Assembly (NCBI GenBank): GCA_001790095.1
Contig: MGBH01000001.1
Coordinates: 330,001 to 362,000 of the forward strand
Reading direction: 5' to 3'
DNA from: Candidatus Saccharimonadota bacterium
Lineage (GTDB): Bacteria > Patescibacteriota > Microgenomatia > UBA1406 > GWC2-37-13
DNA length: 32,000 bases
The position numbers and the translations under genes were made by a program. The notes beneath the pieces were generated by a model. That model saw only the letters and a list, made by a program, of their open reading frames with translations, did no database searches and was not told the DNA's origin. Position 1 is the first letter of the stretch, and every line of letters starts with the position of its first letter. This document shows positions 6,916-16,406 of the stretch, piece after piece.

Positions 6916-9003
6916 ATGAACGTTTTTGAAAAATCTCTTAAACTTCAGGGTGGTGAATTAAAGCTTCAGTTTGGTCGTCTTGCTCAGGCAGTGGATACGT
7001 CAGTATACGCAACGTTAAATGGAGCCGCGGTGTTAGTAACAGTTGCGGTTGGACCAGAAAATCCAGCAATAGATTATTTCCCTCTTTCCATTGAATATGT
7101 GGAGAAACTATACGCAGGTGGTCTTATCAAAGGATCAAGATGGATAAAACGTGAAGGAAGGCCGTCCGATGAGGCTGTGTTAACGGGTCGTTTGATCGAT
7201 AGATCAGTAAGACCTCTTTTTCCGAAAACCTACAAAAAACAAGTGCAGGTTGTAATTACTCTTCTTTCTGTTGATGGTAGTACTTCTGTTGAAATACTTT
7301 CATCGATTGCTGCATCTTCTGCCCTTGCGGTATCAAGTGTTCCATGGGATGGACCCATCTCTACAATGAAGATTGGATATGTGGCTGCTTCTGAAGGAAC
7401 AAAAGGTACTTTTCTTGTTAATCCGACAGAGGAAGAAATGCAGGCTTCATCACTAAACTTAGTTGTTTCTTCCACTCAAGACAAAGTGGTTATGATTGAG
7501 ACAGAGGCAGATGCGGTAAGCGATCTTATCGTTCAAGAGGGTATTGAGCTTGCAAAAAAAGAGAATAAAAAAATCATTGAATTTATAACCTCAGTGAAAG
7601 ATAAAATCGGAAAGCAAAAGACAGTAGTTGAAAAGATGGAAGATAATGAAGAAATAATAAAGCTTATTAAAAAAACTTATACGAAAGGACTTATCGAAGC
7701 TCTTAAAGAGGCTTATTCTACAGCAGGAAGCAACAGCGCTCTTTTAAATGGAATAATCGACAAAATATATGAGGAAATGAGTGGCAAGTATGATAAAAAG
7801 CAGATTTTAAATACAGTCACTAAATATAACTATACACAAATTAAGGAGAACGTGCTAAAAAAGAAAGAACGTCTCGATGGCCGAAAAACCGACGAAGTAA
7901 GAAATCTTTACGTTGAGGTGGGTCTTTTACCGCGAACGCATGGATCCGCATTATTTCAAAGAGGACAGACTCAGATTCTTTCTATCGTCACTCTTGGATC
8001 AACCACACTTGAGCAGCTTATTGAAGGTCCGGAAGGAAAAGAAGCGAAGCGCTATATTCATCACTACTCTGATGGTCCCTATTCTTATGGTCAGACAGGT
8101 CGTATGTTTGGTCCAAGCAGAAGAGCTATCGGACACGGTGCCCTTGCTGAAAAAGCAATTGAACCAGTGCTTCCTTCATCTGACGAATTTCCCTATGCAA
8201 TACGCGTGGTTTCGGAGATTTTAGCTGAAAATGGTTCTTCATCGATGGGGTCTGTCTGTGGTTCGTCTCTTGCTCTTATGGACGCAGGTGTCCCAATACG
8301 AGACGCTGTTGCTGGTGTAGCAATGGGTATTATGACTGATGGTGATGAAAACTACACGGTATTGACTGATATTGTGGGGTTAGAAGATTTTGCTGGAGAA
8401 ATGGACTTTAAAGTTGCTGGTACAAAAGACGGAATAACTGCCATACAGCTTGATGTAAAAAATAAAGGACTCACTGCCAATATGATAAAGGACATATTTG
8501 TTCAAGCAAAAAAAGCACGTTTATACATTCTTGAAGGCATGAACAAGACACTTTCTCTTCCACGTTCCGATATCTCAGAGTATGCCCCGAAAGTGGTTGT
8601 AATTACTCCACCACAGGACAAAATCGGAGAAATAATCGGACCGGGAGGAAAAAACATTCGTGCTCTTATAGCCAAGACTGAAACAGAAATAAATATTGGC
8701 GATGACGGTAAAGTAACCATCAGTGGACTGAATCGATTAAAGGTTGAAGAGGCGGTGGCAACAATAGGTAACATTACCCGTGCCTTACAGGTAGGTGAAG
8801 TGTTTGAAGGTGAAGTGAAGAGAGTTCTTCCCTTTGGTGCATTTGTGGAATGTTTGCCTGGTAAAGAAGGTATGGTGCACGTCTCAAAAATGGGAAAAGG
8901 ATTTGTGAGAGATGCCTCAAAAGTCGTCAAGATAGGTCAGAAAGTAAAAGTAAAAGTTTATCAAATAGATAACCAGGGCCGTGTCAATCTTGAGATGATC
9001 TAA
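6916..9003 (+). CDS. pnp: Polyribonucleotide nucleotidyltransferase (PNPase)
   Basis: 695 aa with two RNase PH-like cores (RLIDRSVRPLFP, GRKTDEVR, GSALFQRGQTQ, GSSSMGSVCG). C-terminal KH (IGPGGKNIR) and S1 (GEVFEGEVKRVLPFGAFVE) domains. Confidence 0.95.
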   Translation: MNVFEKSLKLQGGELKLQFGRLAQAVDTSVYATLNGAAVLVTVAVGPENPAIDYFPLSIEYVEKLYAGGLIKGSRWIKREGRPSDEAVLTGRLIDRSVRPLFPKTYKKQVQVVITLLSVDGSTSVEILSSIAASSALAVSSVPWDGPISTMKIGYVAASEGTKGTFLVNPTEEEMQASSLNLVVSSTQDKVVMIETEADAVSDLIVQEGIELAKKENKKIIEFITSVKDKIGKQKTVVEKMEDNEEIIKLIKKTYTKGLIEALKEAYSTAGSNSALLNGIIDKIYEEMSGKYDKKQILNTVTKYNYTQIKENVLKKKERLDGRKTDEVRNLYVEVGLLPRTHGSALFQRGQTQILSIVTLGSTTLEQLIEGPEGKEAKRYIHHYSDGPYSYGQTGRMFGPSRRAIGHGALAEKAIEPVLPSSDEFPYAIRVVSEILAENGSSSMGSVCGSSLALMDAGVPIRDAVAGVAMGIMTDGDENYTVLTDIVGLEDFAGEMDFKVAGTKDGITAIQLDVKNKGLTANMIKDIFVQAKKARLYILEGMNKTLSLPRSDISEYAPKVVVITPPQDKIGEIIGPGGKNIRALIAKTETEINIGDDGKVTISGLNRLKVEEAVATIGNITRALQVGEVFEGEVKRVLPFGAFVECLPGKEGMVHVSKMGKGFVRDASKVVKIGQKVKVKVYQIDNQGRVNLEMI

Positions 9004-9017
9004 AAATCTGTTACAAT
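8990..9017 (+). promoter_or_regulatory. Candidate extended -10 promoter for ftsK inside the pnp 3' end
   Basis: TTGAGA(8990..8995)-16 nt-TGtTACAAT(9009..9017), with the ftsK ATG 6 nt downstream (9024). No Shine-Dalgarno motif. Confidence 0.45.
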
Positions 9018-9023
9018 GAAAAC

Positions 9024-11207
9024 ATGGCGCGAAGAAAATCACTCATAAAGATCCCATTCTTTAAAGTAAAGATAAACAGCAAGACAATCTTTAACATCTT
9101 AGGATTTTGTATTATTTTGGCTGCTTTTATTCTTCTTATCTCATTTGCAAGTCTTTTTTCTCCTTCCTTTCAGGGAGGAGTCCTACTCAAAAAGATAAAT
9201 GAGATTTTGATTGGTAAGTTTGGAATTCTTGCTATTTTTCTTCCTTTTATCCTTTTTCTATTTTCCGGTCATTTCTTCAACACAAAAAAATTAAGATTTA
9301 TTAAACCCAACATAACAGTTGGATTATTGTTGATTTTTGTATCCTTTTTAGGACTTTTCCAAGGCGGTGTAATAGGAAAATCAATATTTGAAGTGTTAAC
9401 ATTTAACATATCGGTACTGGGGAGTCTTTTTGTGTTATTCATTTTTTTTATCATCGGACTTATTCTGTTTCTCGATACCTCAATTGATGTTTTTTTCTTG
9501 GGAGTGTTTAACATTGTCAAGGGTACATCATCTTTTATAAAGACCTATCTTTTTAGAGGGCTTTTCGAGCAAAGAAGCAAAAAAACTGAACAGAAGAAAA
9601 ATGAAGATAAAAGACAAGAATTTATCGAAGACAGAAGAGTTATTGAAAGCCCAAAGATAAAAATTCCAGAAAAAGCCGTGATTCATCCAATCACACCAGC
9701 AAATACGCAAAATTCAAGCAAAGATTTCGTTGTACAACCCCTGCATCAAACAGCCTCATCAACGTGGGTTTTTCCACCACTTAATCTTTTAGTTGATGTG
9801 AAACAGGCTGAGGCAGATCGAGGAGATGTAAATCATAATGCTGACGTAATTGAAAAAACTCTTGATAGTTTTGGTATTCGTGCACGAGTAGCAGAGGTAA
9901 ACTATGGACCAGCGGTGACACAGTATGCTATCGAGATTACTCAAGGGACAAAGCTCTCAAAAATAACTGCATTATCCAATGACTTGGCATTAGCGCTTGC
10001 TGCATCTACTGGTCAGGTGAGAATAGAAGCTCCAATACCAGGAAGATCACTTGTTGGTATAGAGATCCCAAACAACAGACCCCAGATAGTGACGCTTAAA
10101 AGTCTTTTGTCTGACCCTGTTTTTACCAAAAACAGCGACCCTCTTCTTGTTCCACTTGGACTTGATGTCTCAGGAAAACCTCAGGCAACCAGTATTGCGA
10201 AGATGCCACATTGTTTGATAGCTGGTACTACGGGTTCCGGAAAATCAGTTATTCTTAACGCATGGATTAGTACTTTTCTGTTTAGAACAAGGCCAGAAGA
10301 ATTACGACTCATTTTAGTCGACCCCAAACGTGTTGAGATGACTTCATACAATAAAATACCTCATTTGTTGACAGAAGTGATAGTAGATACTGACAAGACA
10401 TTATCAGCGCTGAGGTGGACTGTTGCTGAGATGGAAAACAGATATAAACAGTTTGCCGCAGCTGGTGCACGAAACATCGAAACGTATAATGCTTTGGCCG
10501 GCGTTGAGAAAAAGCCCTATATACTTTTTATCATCGATGAGCTTGCTGATCTTATGATCTTTGCACCGGGCGATGTAGAGGGTCTTATTACCCGAATTGC
10601 TCAAATGGCTCGTGCAACAGGTATACATCTTATATTGGCGACTCAAAGACCATCTGTTGATGTTATTACTGGTTTGATGAAAGCAAATATTCCAACACGT
10701 TTAGCTTTTAATGTTTCGTCCATGATTGATTCACGTGTCATCATTGATATGCCGGGAGCAGAAAAGCTCTTAGGAAAAGGTGACATGTTGTTTCTACCTC
10801 CAGATCAGGCAAAGCCGCGCCGTATCCAGGGACCATTTATCACAGAAAAAGAAGCTTCTCAATTAGTCAAATTCATAAGATCCCAGGCTCCAGAAGTACA
10901 CTATACCGAAGAAATCACCGAAGGGGCTGAAGAATCCATTGCTATGTCCGGACTTATGACACCTGGCAAAGCAAGTGATAGAGATCCACTTTTCAATCAA
11001 GCGGTGCAGATCATCTCCTCATTTGATAAAGCTTCAGCCTCATTATTGCAGAGACGGTTGAAGGTTGGATACGCTCGGGCAGCAAGACTTCTTGATGAAC
11101 TTGAAGCAGCTGGCATGGTGAGTCCAGCTGAAGGATCAAAACCAAGAGAAGTCATCAAGCGGCCAGTTCAACAAGACACAACACTTATGCCTGACAGGCA
11201 GGTTTAA
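9024..11207 (+). CDS. ftsK: DNA translocase FtsK/SpoIIIE
   Basis: N-terminal multi-TM region, a linker, then a motor domain with Walker A AGTTGSGKS and IIDELADLM, and a C-terminal winged-helix gamma-like domain (LLQRRLKVGYARAARLLDELE). Confidence 0.92.
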   Translation: MARRKSLIKIPFFKVKINSKTIFNILGFCIILAAFILLISFASLFSPSFQGGVLLKKINEILIGKFGILAIFLPFILFLFSGHFFNTKKLRFIKPNITVGLLLIFVSFLGLFQGGVIGKSIFEVLTFNISVLGSLFVLFIFFIIGLILFLDTSIDVFFLGVFNIVKGTSSFIKTYLFRGLFEQRSKKTEQKKNEDKRQEFIEDRRVIESPKIKIPEKAVIHPITPANTQNSSKDFVVQPLHQTASSTWVFPPLNLLVDVKQAEADRGDVNHNADVIEKTLDSFGIRARVAEVNYGPAVTQYAIEITQGTKLSKITALSNDLALALAASTGQVRIEAPIPGRSLVGIEIPNNRPQIVTLKSLLSDPVFTKNSDPLLVPLGLDVSGKPQATSIAKMPHCLIAGTTGSGKSVILNAWISTFLFRTRPEELRLILVDPKRVEMTSYNKIPHLLTEVIVDTDKTLSALRWTVAEMENRYKQFAAAGARNIETYNALAGVEKKPYILFIIDELADLMIFAPGDVEGLITRIAQMARATGIHLILATQRPSVDVITGLMKANIPTRLAFNVSSMIDSRVIIDMPGAEKLLGKGDMLFLPPDQAKPRRIQGPFITEKEASQLVKFIRSQAPEVHYTEEITEGAEESIAMSGLMTPGKASDRDPLFNQAVQIISSFDKASASLLQRRLKVGYARAARLLDELEAAGMVSPAEGSKPREVIKRPVQQDTTLMPDRQV

Positions 11208-11223
11208 TCCATAAAGAAAAAGC

Positions 11224-12186
11224 TCATTGCAGATACTTGCGAATATTTGCATTATGATCTTCTAAGGTTACTCCATAGTGCATATTTCCTTTTTTATCTG
11301 ATATGTAATACCAGTATGGGGTATTTACCTGTGCATTGGCAACTGCCTCAAATGAGTCAAGACCAGGGTTGCAGATAGGGGCAGGAGGAAGGCCGACATA
11401 CTTATATGTATTGTATGTTGAGTCCACTTTTATATCATCGATTGTTAGATCTTTTTTCCACCACGTTTTTTCCTTTTTTTGATAACCTAATGCATACTGG
11501 ATTGTAGCGTCAAGTTGCATCATCCAACCCTCTTTAAATCTCTTTATAAGTATGCCAGCAACCTTTTTCTTATCTTCAGGGAATTTTGCCTCTTTTTCTA
11601 CAAGTGATGCAATAATTACTCCTTCCCGTTCAGTTAGACCAAGACTTTTCACCTTATTTTGTAACTGTACCGTGTATTTACTCTGAAAGTTTTTAGTAAA
11701 GATAGATAAGAGAGCTTCAATGGGTGCGTCTTTTGGGACAAGATAAGTATCAGGAAAGAGATAACCCTCCCGCGCCTGTTCAATAAAAGGGATTGTCTCA
11801 ATTTGTATCGTTTCAGAGAGTATTTGAGCAACCTCCTCTTTTCGTAACCCTTCAATGACAGTGATCCATACATCAAGCGTTCCATGAGTAAGATTTTTTG
11901 CTATCACCCCTGCTTTCATATTTTTTGAAAGTCTAAAATCTCCTGCCTGTATCTTTTTCTCGATACCCATTTGCTTTACGATAAGATAAAAGACGACTTT
12001 ATTGCGAATAAGATTTTGACTTGCAAGATTTTTTACGACGCTGTTAAGTCCTTCACCTTTCTTTATCACAAATATCTCCGTTCCTTGATTGTTCTTATCT
12101 ACGGGAAGAGATCCTTCCTGATAAAACATATAAAATGCAAGAGACAGAAGGATGATAAACGCAAACAAAACAGTGATTTTTTTCAT
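11224..12186 (-). CDS. mltG: Endolytic murein transglycosylase MltG (YceG family)
   Basis: N-terminal TM segment. YceG motifs are ASLVEKEAKFPED, DATIQYALG and YNTYKYVGLPPAPICNPG. Confidence 0.9.
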   Translation of the reverse strand: MKKITVLFAFIILLSLAFYMFYQEGSLPVDKNNQGTEIFVIKKGEGLNSVVKNLASQNLIRNKVVFYLIVKQMGIEKKIQAGDFRLSKNMKAGVIAKNLTHGTLDVWITVIEGLRKEEVAQILSETIQIETIPFIEQAREGYLFPDTYLVPKDAPIEALLSIFTKNFQSKYTVQLQNKVKSLGLTEREGVIIASLVEKEAKFPEDKKKVAGILIKRFKEGWMMQLDATIQYALGYQKKEKTWWKKDLTIDDIKVDSTYNTYKYVGLPPAPICNPGLDSFEAVANAQVNTPYWYYISDKKGNMHYGVTLEDHNANIRKYLQ

Positions 12187-12192
12187 AGTTGT

Positions 12193-13449
12193 TTATTCAA
12201 TTATATAAACTGGAAACATTTTTAACGTTTCTATGGCTTCTTTAATGTGGTAGTAACCCATCGAATAAAAGGTGATAATAGTCTCTTCTTTTATAACTTT
12301 ATCACCAATTTTTTTATGCAGATATACCCCAGAGAATTGATTATGAGGTGCTCCTAACAATTTAGCGATACTATTTAAATTATAGTTGTTAACTGCCCTT
12401 ATTATTCCAGTATGTACTGCTTTTACTTCAAATGACTTCGCTTTGATTTTAAGTGTATCAGAGGTAATCTGAGTATCTCCTCCTTGGGCTTCAACAATTT
12501 CCTTAAATTTTTTTAAAGCTTCACCACTTTCAAGGATTTGTTTTGCTTGACTCATGCCGTCTTTTTTTATGCGGGCATCTTTGTAACAAAGATCAAGCAG
12601 TTTTGAGGCTAAACTCAGCGCTCTTGTCTCAAGTTGCATTGGTCTGTCTTTTTTTTGCTCAAGAACTTTTAAAACATCGATAGCCTCAAGAGCAGGACCG
12701 ATGCCGTTGCCGGCGGGTTCTTTGGTGTGAGTAATATTACCAATGACTTTGATTCCAAAACGTTTGCCTAGTTTTACAAATTTATGGAGCACGCTTTCAG
12801 CGTCTTTTTCATGTCTGATTTTCATAGTTTTACCAATGGGCAAATCAAGAATAAGATGTGTTGAGCCTGCAGCTACGTGTTTGGCCATAATGGAAACAAT
12901 TACCTTATCAAATGACTCAAAAGAGAGTGGTTCTTCAACGCGAATGATGATATCATCAGCGGGTGCAATTCCTAGATGACCATTCCAACAAATACAGCCA
13001 CCAACTACATTTACTATATCCTCCAGTTTGCTGGGTGAAAACTCAACTCCTGCAAGTACTTCCATAACATCAGCGGTTCCGGCTGGTGTAGTAATAGCTC
13101 TTGATGATATTTTGGGCATTTTAAATCCGGAGGAAACCACAATTGGAACAACGATCATAGTAGCTCGTGTACCAGGAAGTCCGCCGATTGAGTGTTTGTC
13201 AGCAACTATGCCTTTAAAATGAAGTCTCGCCCCGGTCTCAACCATTGCTTTAGTGAAATGGTAAAGTTCATCGGAAGAAAAACCTTCCCTAAATGATGCG
13301 GCTACAAAGTACGTTGTTAGAATATCACTTAATCGTTCATGAGCTATCTCATCCATAAGCTGATAAATTTCATGATAGCTAAGTTTTTTTCCAAGCAATT
13401 TTTTTTGAATGGTCTTGACTACCGTTACTTTTGTGTCAGATTTATTCAT
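12193..13449 (-). CDS. Type-2 'putative thymidine phosphorylase' / AMP phosphorylase family enzyme
   Basis: DKHSIGGLPGTRATMIVVPIVVSSGFKMPKISSRAITTPAGTADVMEVL is typical of the archaeal-type AMP/thymidine phosphorylase branch. I chose the start at ATG 13449 (MNKSDTKV) because the longer ORF start at 13497 would overlap murJ by 56 nt. The start remains uncertain. Confidence 0.8.
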   Translation of the reverse strand: MNKSDTKVTVVKTIQKKLLGKKLSYHEIYQLMDEIAHERLSDILTTYFVAASFREGFSSDELYHFTKAMVETGARLHFKGIVADKHSIGGLPGTRATMIVVPIVVSSGFKMPKISSRAITTPAGTADVMEVLAGVEFSPSKLEDIVNVVGGCICWNGHLGIAPADDIIIRVEEPLSFESFDKVIVSIMAKHVAAGSTHLILDLPIGKTMKIRHEKDAESVLHKFVKLGKRFGIKVIGNITHTKEPAGNGIGPALEAIDVLKVLEQKKDRPMQLETRALSLASKLLDLCYKDARIKKDGMSQAKQILESGEALKKFKEIVEAQGGDTQITSDTLKIKAKSFEVKAVHTGIIRAVNNYNLNSIAKLLGAPHNQFSGVYLHKKIGDKVIKEETIITFYSMGYYHIKEAIETLKMFPVYIIE

Positions 13450-15067
13450 AGGAGGTGATTTCAGTAATTTTCTTTTGGAATCCTCTTGCTTTGGCAAACA
13501 AACGTGATATAGAATACATGGCTTTGATGTTTAGCAACCATGACAAAGCTAAGTATAGCAAAAAGTAAAGGAGCGAGCTTGCAACAAGAAGAAGAAAAAC
13601 ATTGATAGTGCGCGTTGTATCAAGAATGAGATTATCCATAAGCCTTATTAGGAAGTATGCACCTGGTGAAGCACACAAAGAAGCCACTATTATTTTAAAT
13701 GTTTCTTGAAAAAGTAAATTCAAATTCAAATTTTTTAAACGTTTTGCAAGAAGAATAAACAACACGCTTGAATTTAAGATAACTGAGATTGAGAATGAGA
13801 TGGCTAAAGACCAGATAGGCAGGTGGGCAATAAGTACAAAATAGAGGCTTAAAAGCGTGTTAATTGCAATAGTAAAGAGACTGATGATGAAGGGAGTTTT
13901 ACTGTCAAGTAGGGCGTAAAAACATCGAGTAAGAAAATAGTACACTGCGTGAAATGGGAGAGAAAAAGAAAAGTAAGAGAGTGTAAATGCTGTTTGAACG
14001 GTTGCATCCCAATCAAACTTTTCACCTCCAAAAAAGATTCTGACAAGAGGAGTGCGAGCAAAGAAAAAGAAAAACATGATAGGAACAGTGAAAAAGAATA
14101 AGTTCAAAATAGAGTCGATAATGATTCTTTTGAAGTCATCCATTTTGCCCTGCTCAAACATCTCTGAAAGATAAGGAAGGGAGGCTTGTCCAAACGCTAC
14201 TCCAATTACAGATACAGGTAGAAGTTGAAGATGTTGGGCAAAATAGAAAATAGTGTATGATCCTGAGCCAAGAAGAGAGGTAAGTGACAAATCTATAGTA
14301 GCATCGATCTGTGTAATAATAACGGTCAGTATACGTGGACCAACCATTTTGAAGAAATCTTTCACCCCATCTGTCATCTCAATGATTGTTTTATAGTTGA
14401 TATCAAAAGTAAATACGATAGGTATCTGCACAATAAAAAAAAGCGCTGCTCCGACTGATACGCCGAGTATGGGTGCAAGAAGTCCTAGTTGTGGTGCAAA
14501 AAGAAGAGTACTTACTATGACAGCTAAATTATATAGAACAGGAGCTATAGCTGTTACAAGAAATGTTTTTTTTGCTTGAGCAATACCAGTCAAGAAATTT
14601 CCTGCTACCAAAAACGGGAGTTGGCTAAGAAGCAGTATTTTGGAGTACTGGATAACGAACATAAGCTTTTCTTCTTTAAAGCCTGGAGTAATAACAGGAA
14701 TAAGGTAGTCAAGAAAAAAATAAAGAATACCTACAAAAATAAACAGTATTATGCCCAGCAAATTAAAAATGGAAGAAATATGTTTTTCAAGTTCTTCCTT
14801 ATTCTTCTGGTACTTGATAAATATGGGGATAAAAGATGAGGTAAGGGCACCAGTTATGAGGATTTCAAATACAAGATCAGGGATGCGAAATGAGGCAAAA
14901 AATATGTCCAGGTTTTCTTTGTTAAAGTACCCGGCCAGTATCCTATAGCGAAGAAATCCGAATATCCGAGATACTACAATCATTGCCGATATAATAAGCG
15001 CTGAGGAGAATATACCGCCTTGTTCGGCAAAGAAAATCCGTCTTGTGTTTTTAAAAAATCTCTCCAT
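13442..15067 (-). CDS. murJ: Lipid II flippase MurJ (MviN family)
   Basis: 541 aa and polytopic. N-terminal SRIFGFLRYRILAGYF...FFASFRIPDLVFEILITGALTSSFIPIF is the MurJ signature. Confidence 0.88.
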   Translation of the reverse strand: MERFFKNTRRIFFAEQGGIFSSALIISAMIVVSRIFGFLRYRILAGYFNKENLDIFFASFRIPDLVFEILITGALTSSFIPIFIKYQKNKEELEKHISSIFNLLGIILFIFVGILYFFLDYLIPVITPGFKEEKLMFVIQYSKILLLSQLPFLVAGNFLTGIAQAKKTFLVTAIAPVLYNLAVIVSTLLFAPQLGLLAPILGVSVGAALFFIVQIPIVFTFDINYKTIIEMTDGVKDFFKMVGPRILTVIITQIDATIDLSLTSLLGSGSYTIFYFAQHLQLLPVSVIGVAFGQASLPYLSEMFEQGKMDDFKRIIIDSILNLFFFTVPIMFFFFFARTPLVRIFFGGEKFDWDATVQTAFTLSYFSFSLPFHAVYYFLTRCFYALLDSKTPFIISLFTIAINTLLSLYFVLIAHLPIWSLAISFSISVILNSSVLFILLAKRLKNLNLNLLFQETFKIIVASLCASPGAYFLIRLMDNLILDTTRTINVFLLLVASSLLYFLLYLALSWLLNIKAMYSISRLFAKARGFQKKITEITSYE

Positions 15068-15078
15068 AAACTTTTTTT

Positions 15079-15107
15079 ATTATACAGCAATGTTTTTACC
15101 TTGTCTC
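15079..15107 (-). promoter_or_regulatory. Candidate extended -10 promoter for murJ
   Basis: The minus strand reads GAGACA(15107..15102)-17 nt-TATAAT(15084..15079), preceded by TG (15086..15085). The murJ ATG lies 11 nt downstream (15067). Confidence 0.4.
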
Positions 15108-15123
15108 CCTCTATCCTTTGCTC

Positions 15124-15160
15124 TTGACAGCTGTCTAAAAATGGTGTTAAATGGTGATAT
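15124..15160 (+). promoter_or_regulatory. mraZ promoter with tandem AAATGGTG boxes (candidate MraZ operator)
   Basis: TTGACA(15124..15129)-17 nt-TTAAAT(15147..15152)-8 nt-ATG(15161). AAATGGTG occurs at 15139..15146 and 15149..15156, a 10-bp period. A 10-bp perfect palindrome GACAGCTGTC (15126..15135) overlaps the -35. Confidence 0.5.
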
Positions 15161-15598
15161 ATGCTTTTTTTAGGAGAATATAGGGTTAATTTCAGCGGAC
15201 AAGGAAGAATTGTTATACCTAAAAGGATAAGAGAAGTATTAGGACAAACGAAAACATTTACATTAACAAAAGGGTTTGATAGGTGTCTATCGGGTTTCAG
15301 AAACGAAGACTGGGAAAAAGAAACAGTAAAACTTATGGGTAATTCGGCTTTAGAGCTTCAGACTGCAGAGATGAAGCGTCATTTTTTCTCAACTGCAAGC
15401 ATCGTTGAGATTGATGAACAGGGAAGAATCATCGTTCCTAAAAACCTATTGGAATATGCAGACCTAACAGAGAAGGATGCAGTGTTAATTGGAGTTGGTA
15501 CTTATTTTGAGGTATGGAACACGAAGAAGTGGCAGGAATACAGTAAAGGAGTCGAAAAAAATATCAAACAATATGCATCACCCAGTACTTTTAAATGA
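15161..15598 (+). CDS. mraZ: Transcriptional regulator MraZ
   Basis: MLFLGEYRVNFSGQGRIVIPKRIRE plus a second SpoVT/AbrB-like repeat DEQGRIIVPKNLLEYADL. First gene of the dcw cluster. Confidence 0.93.
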   Translation: MLFLGEYRVNFSGQGRIVIPKRIREVLGQTKTFTLTKGFDRCLSGFRNEDWEKETVKLMGNSALELQTAEMKRHFFSTASIVEIDEQGRIIVPKNLLEYADLTEKDAVLIGVGTYFEVWNTKKWQEYSKGVEKNIKQYASPSTFK

Positions 15599-16406
15599 AG
15601 TGTTAAATTTGTTGGATATCAAGACAGGATGTCGCTATATTGATGCAACTGTTGGTGAAGGCGGTCATACGAAAGCAATATTAAGTATGGACGCAAAGGT
15701 GTTGGGTCTTGATCGAGATTCATCTCAGATAGAACGCCTTGCCAAACACTTGCATGACGATGACAATCTGACATTAACAGTTGCTAACTTTAGCGAAATT
15801 GCCAAAGTTGCAAAAAAGAACGGGTTCGTAGAGGTTGACGGAATTTTGTTTGATCTTGGACTTTCTTGGGATCAGTTAGGTGCAAAGGGGGTGGGTTTAT
15901 CTTATCGAAAGACACAAGAAGCGCTTGATATGAGGCTTGATGAAGAGGAAGAGTTAACGGCAGAACAGATATTAAATACCTACTCAGAAAAAGAGCTCTA
16001 TGATCTTTTCGCCCGCAACTCTGAGGAGATACGAGCATCTGACATTGCCAAGTCGATTGTACACCAGAGAAAGTCAAGAAAATATAAAACAGTAAGAGAT
16101 CTGAACTTAACAATTGACACAGTCATGGGTAAAAATGCAGGTAAGACATACAGCCGTATTTTTCAAGCATTACGGATAGAAGTCAATAATGAATTTGAAA
16201 ATTTAAAAAAAGGCCTGAGTGGGGCAATGGAGCTTATTAGCAAAACTGGAAGAATAGCGGTAATTAGTTTTCATTCTTTAGAGGATCGAATTGTTAAGCA
16301 GTTTATTAAAGAGCACGGCATGAAGCAGATTAATAAAAAAGTAGTGCAAGGAAATCGGTTGTTATCGTTTGAAAAGCCGGCTAAATTAAGAGTATTTTCA
16401 CTATGA
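15573..16406 (+). CDS. rsmH: 16S rRNA (cytosine1402-N4)-methyltransferase RsmH (MraW)
   Basis: MHHPVLLNEVLNLL..YIDATVGEGGHT..FDLGLSWDQL..ISFHSLEDRIVKQF. I chose the start at ATG 15573, which overlaps mraZ by 26 nt, over the TTG at 15489 in the ORF track. Confidence 0.9.
   Translation: MHHPVLLNEVLNLLDIKTGCRYIDATVGEGGHTKAILSMDAKVLGLDRDSSQIERLAKHLHDDDNLTLTVANFSEIAKVAKKNGFVEVDGILFDLGLSWDQLGAKGVGLSYRKTQEALDMRLDEEEELTAEQILNTYSEKELYDLFARNSEEIRASDIAKSIVHQRKSRKYKTVRDLNLTIDTVMGKNAGKTYSRIFQALRIEVNNEFENLKKGLSGAMELISKTGRIAVISFHSLEDRIVKQFIKEHGMKQINKKVVQGNRLLSFEKPAKLRVFSL

Noticed and set aside
8502-8930. 142-aa minus-strand ORF
   Set aside because: It is antisense within the pnp KH/S1 region. Its S/T/P-rich composition is typical of a shadow frame.
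11208-11223. Expected bidirectional terminator between the convergent ftsK and mltG genes
   Set aside because: The gap is only 16 nt with no convincing stem. The best pairing is a 4-bp CCTG/CAGG inside the ftsK end.
15489-15572. Longer TTG-initiated N-terminus for rsmH. Similar track extensions exist for ftsW (30078), yvcK (25238), the phosphorylase (13497) and the small membrane protein (6506).
   Set aside because: The extensions overlap upstream genes and add residues unlike the conserved N-termini. Internal ATG codons sit right at the family-typical starts. The phosphorylase start is the least certain of these.
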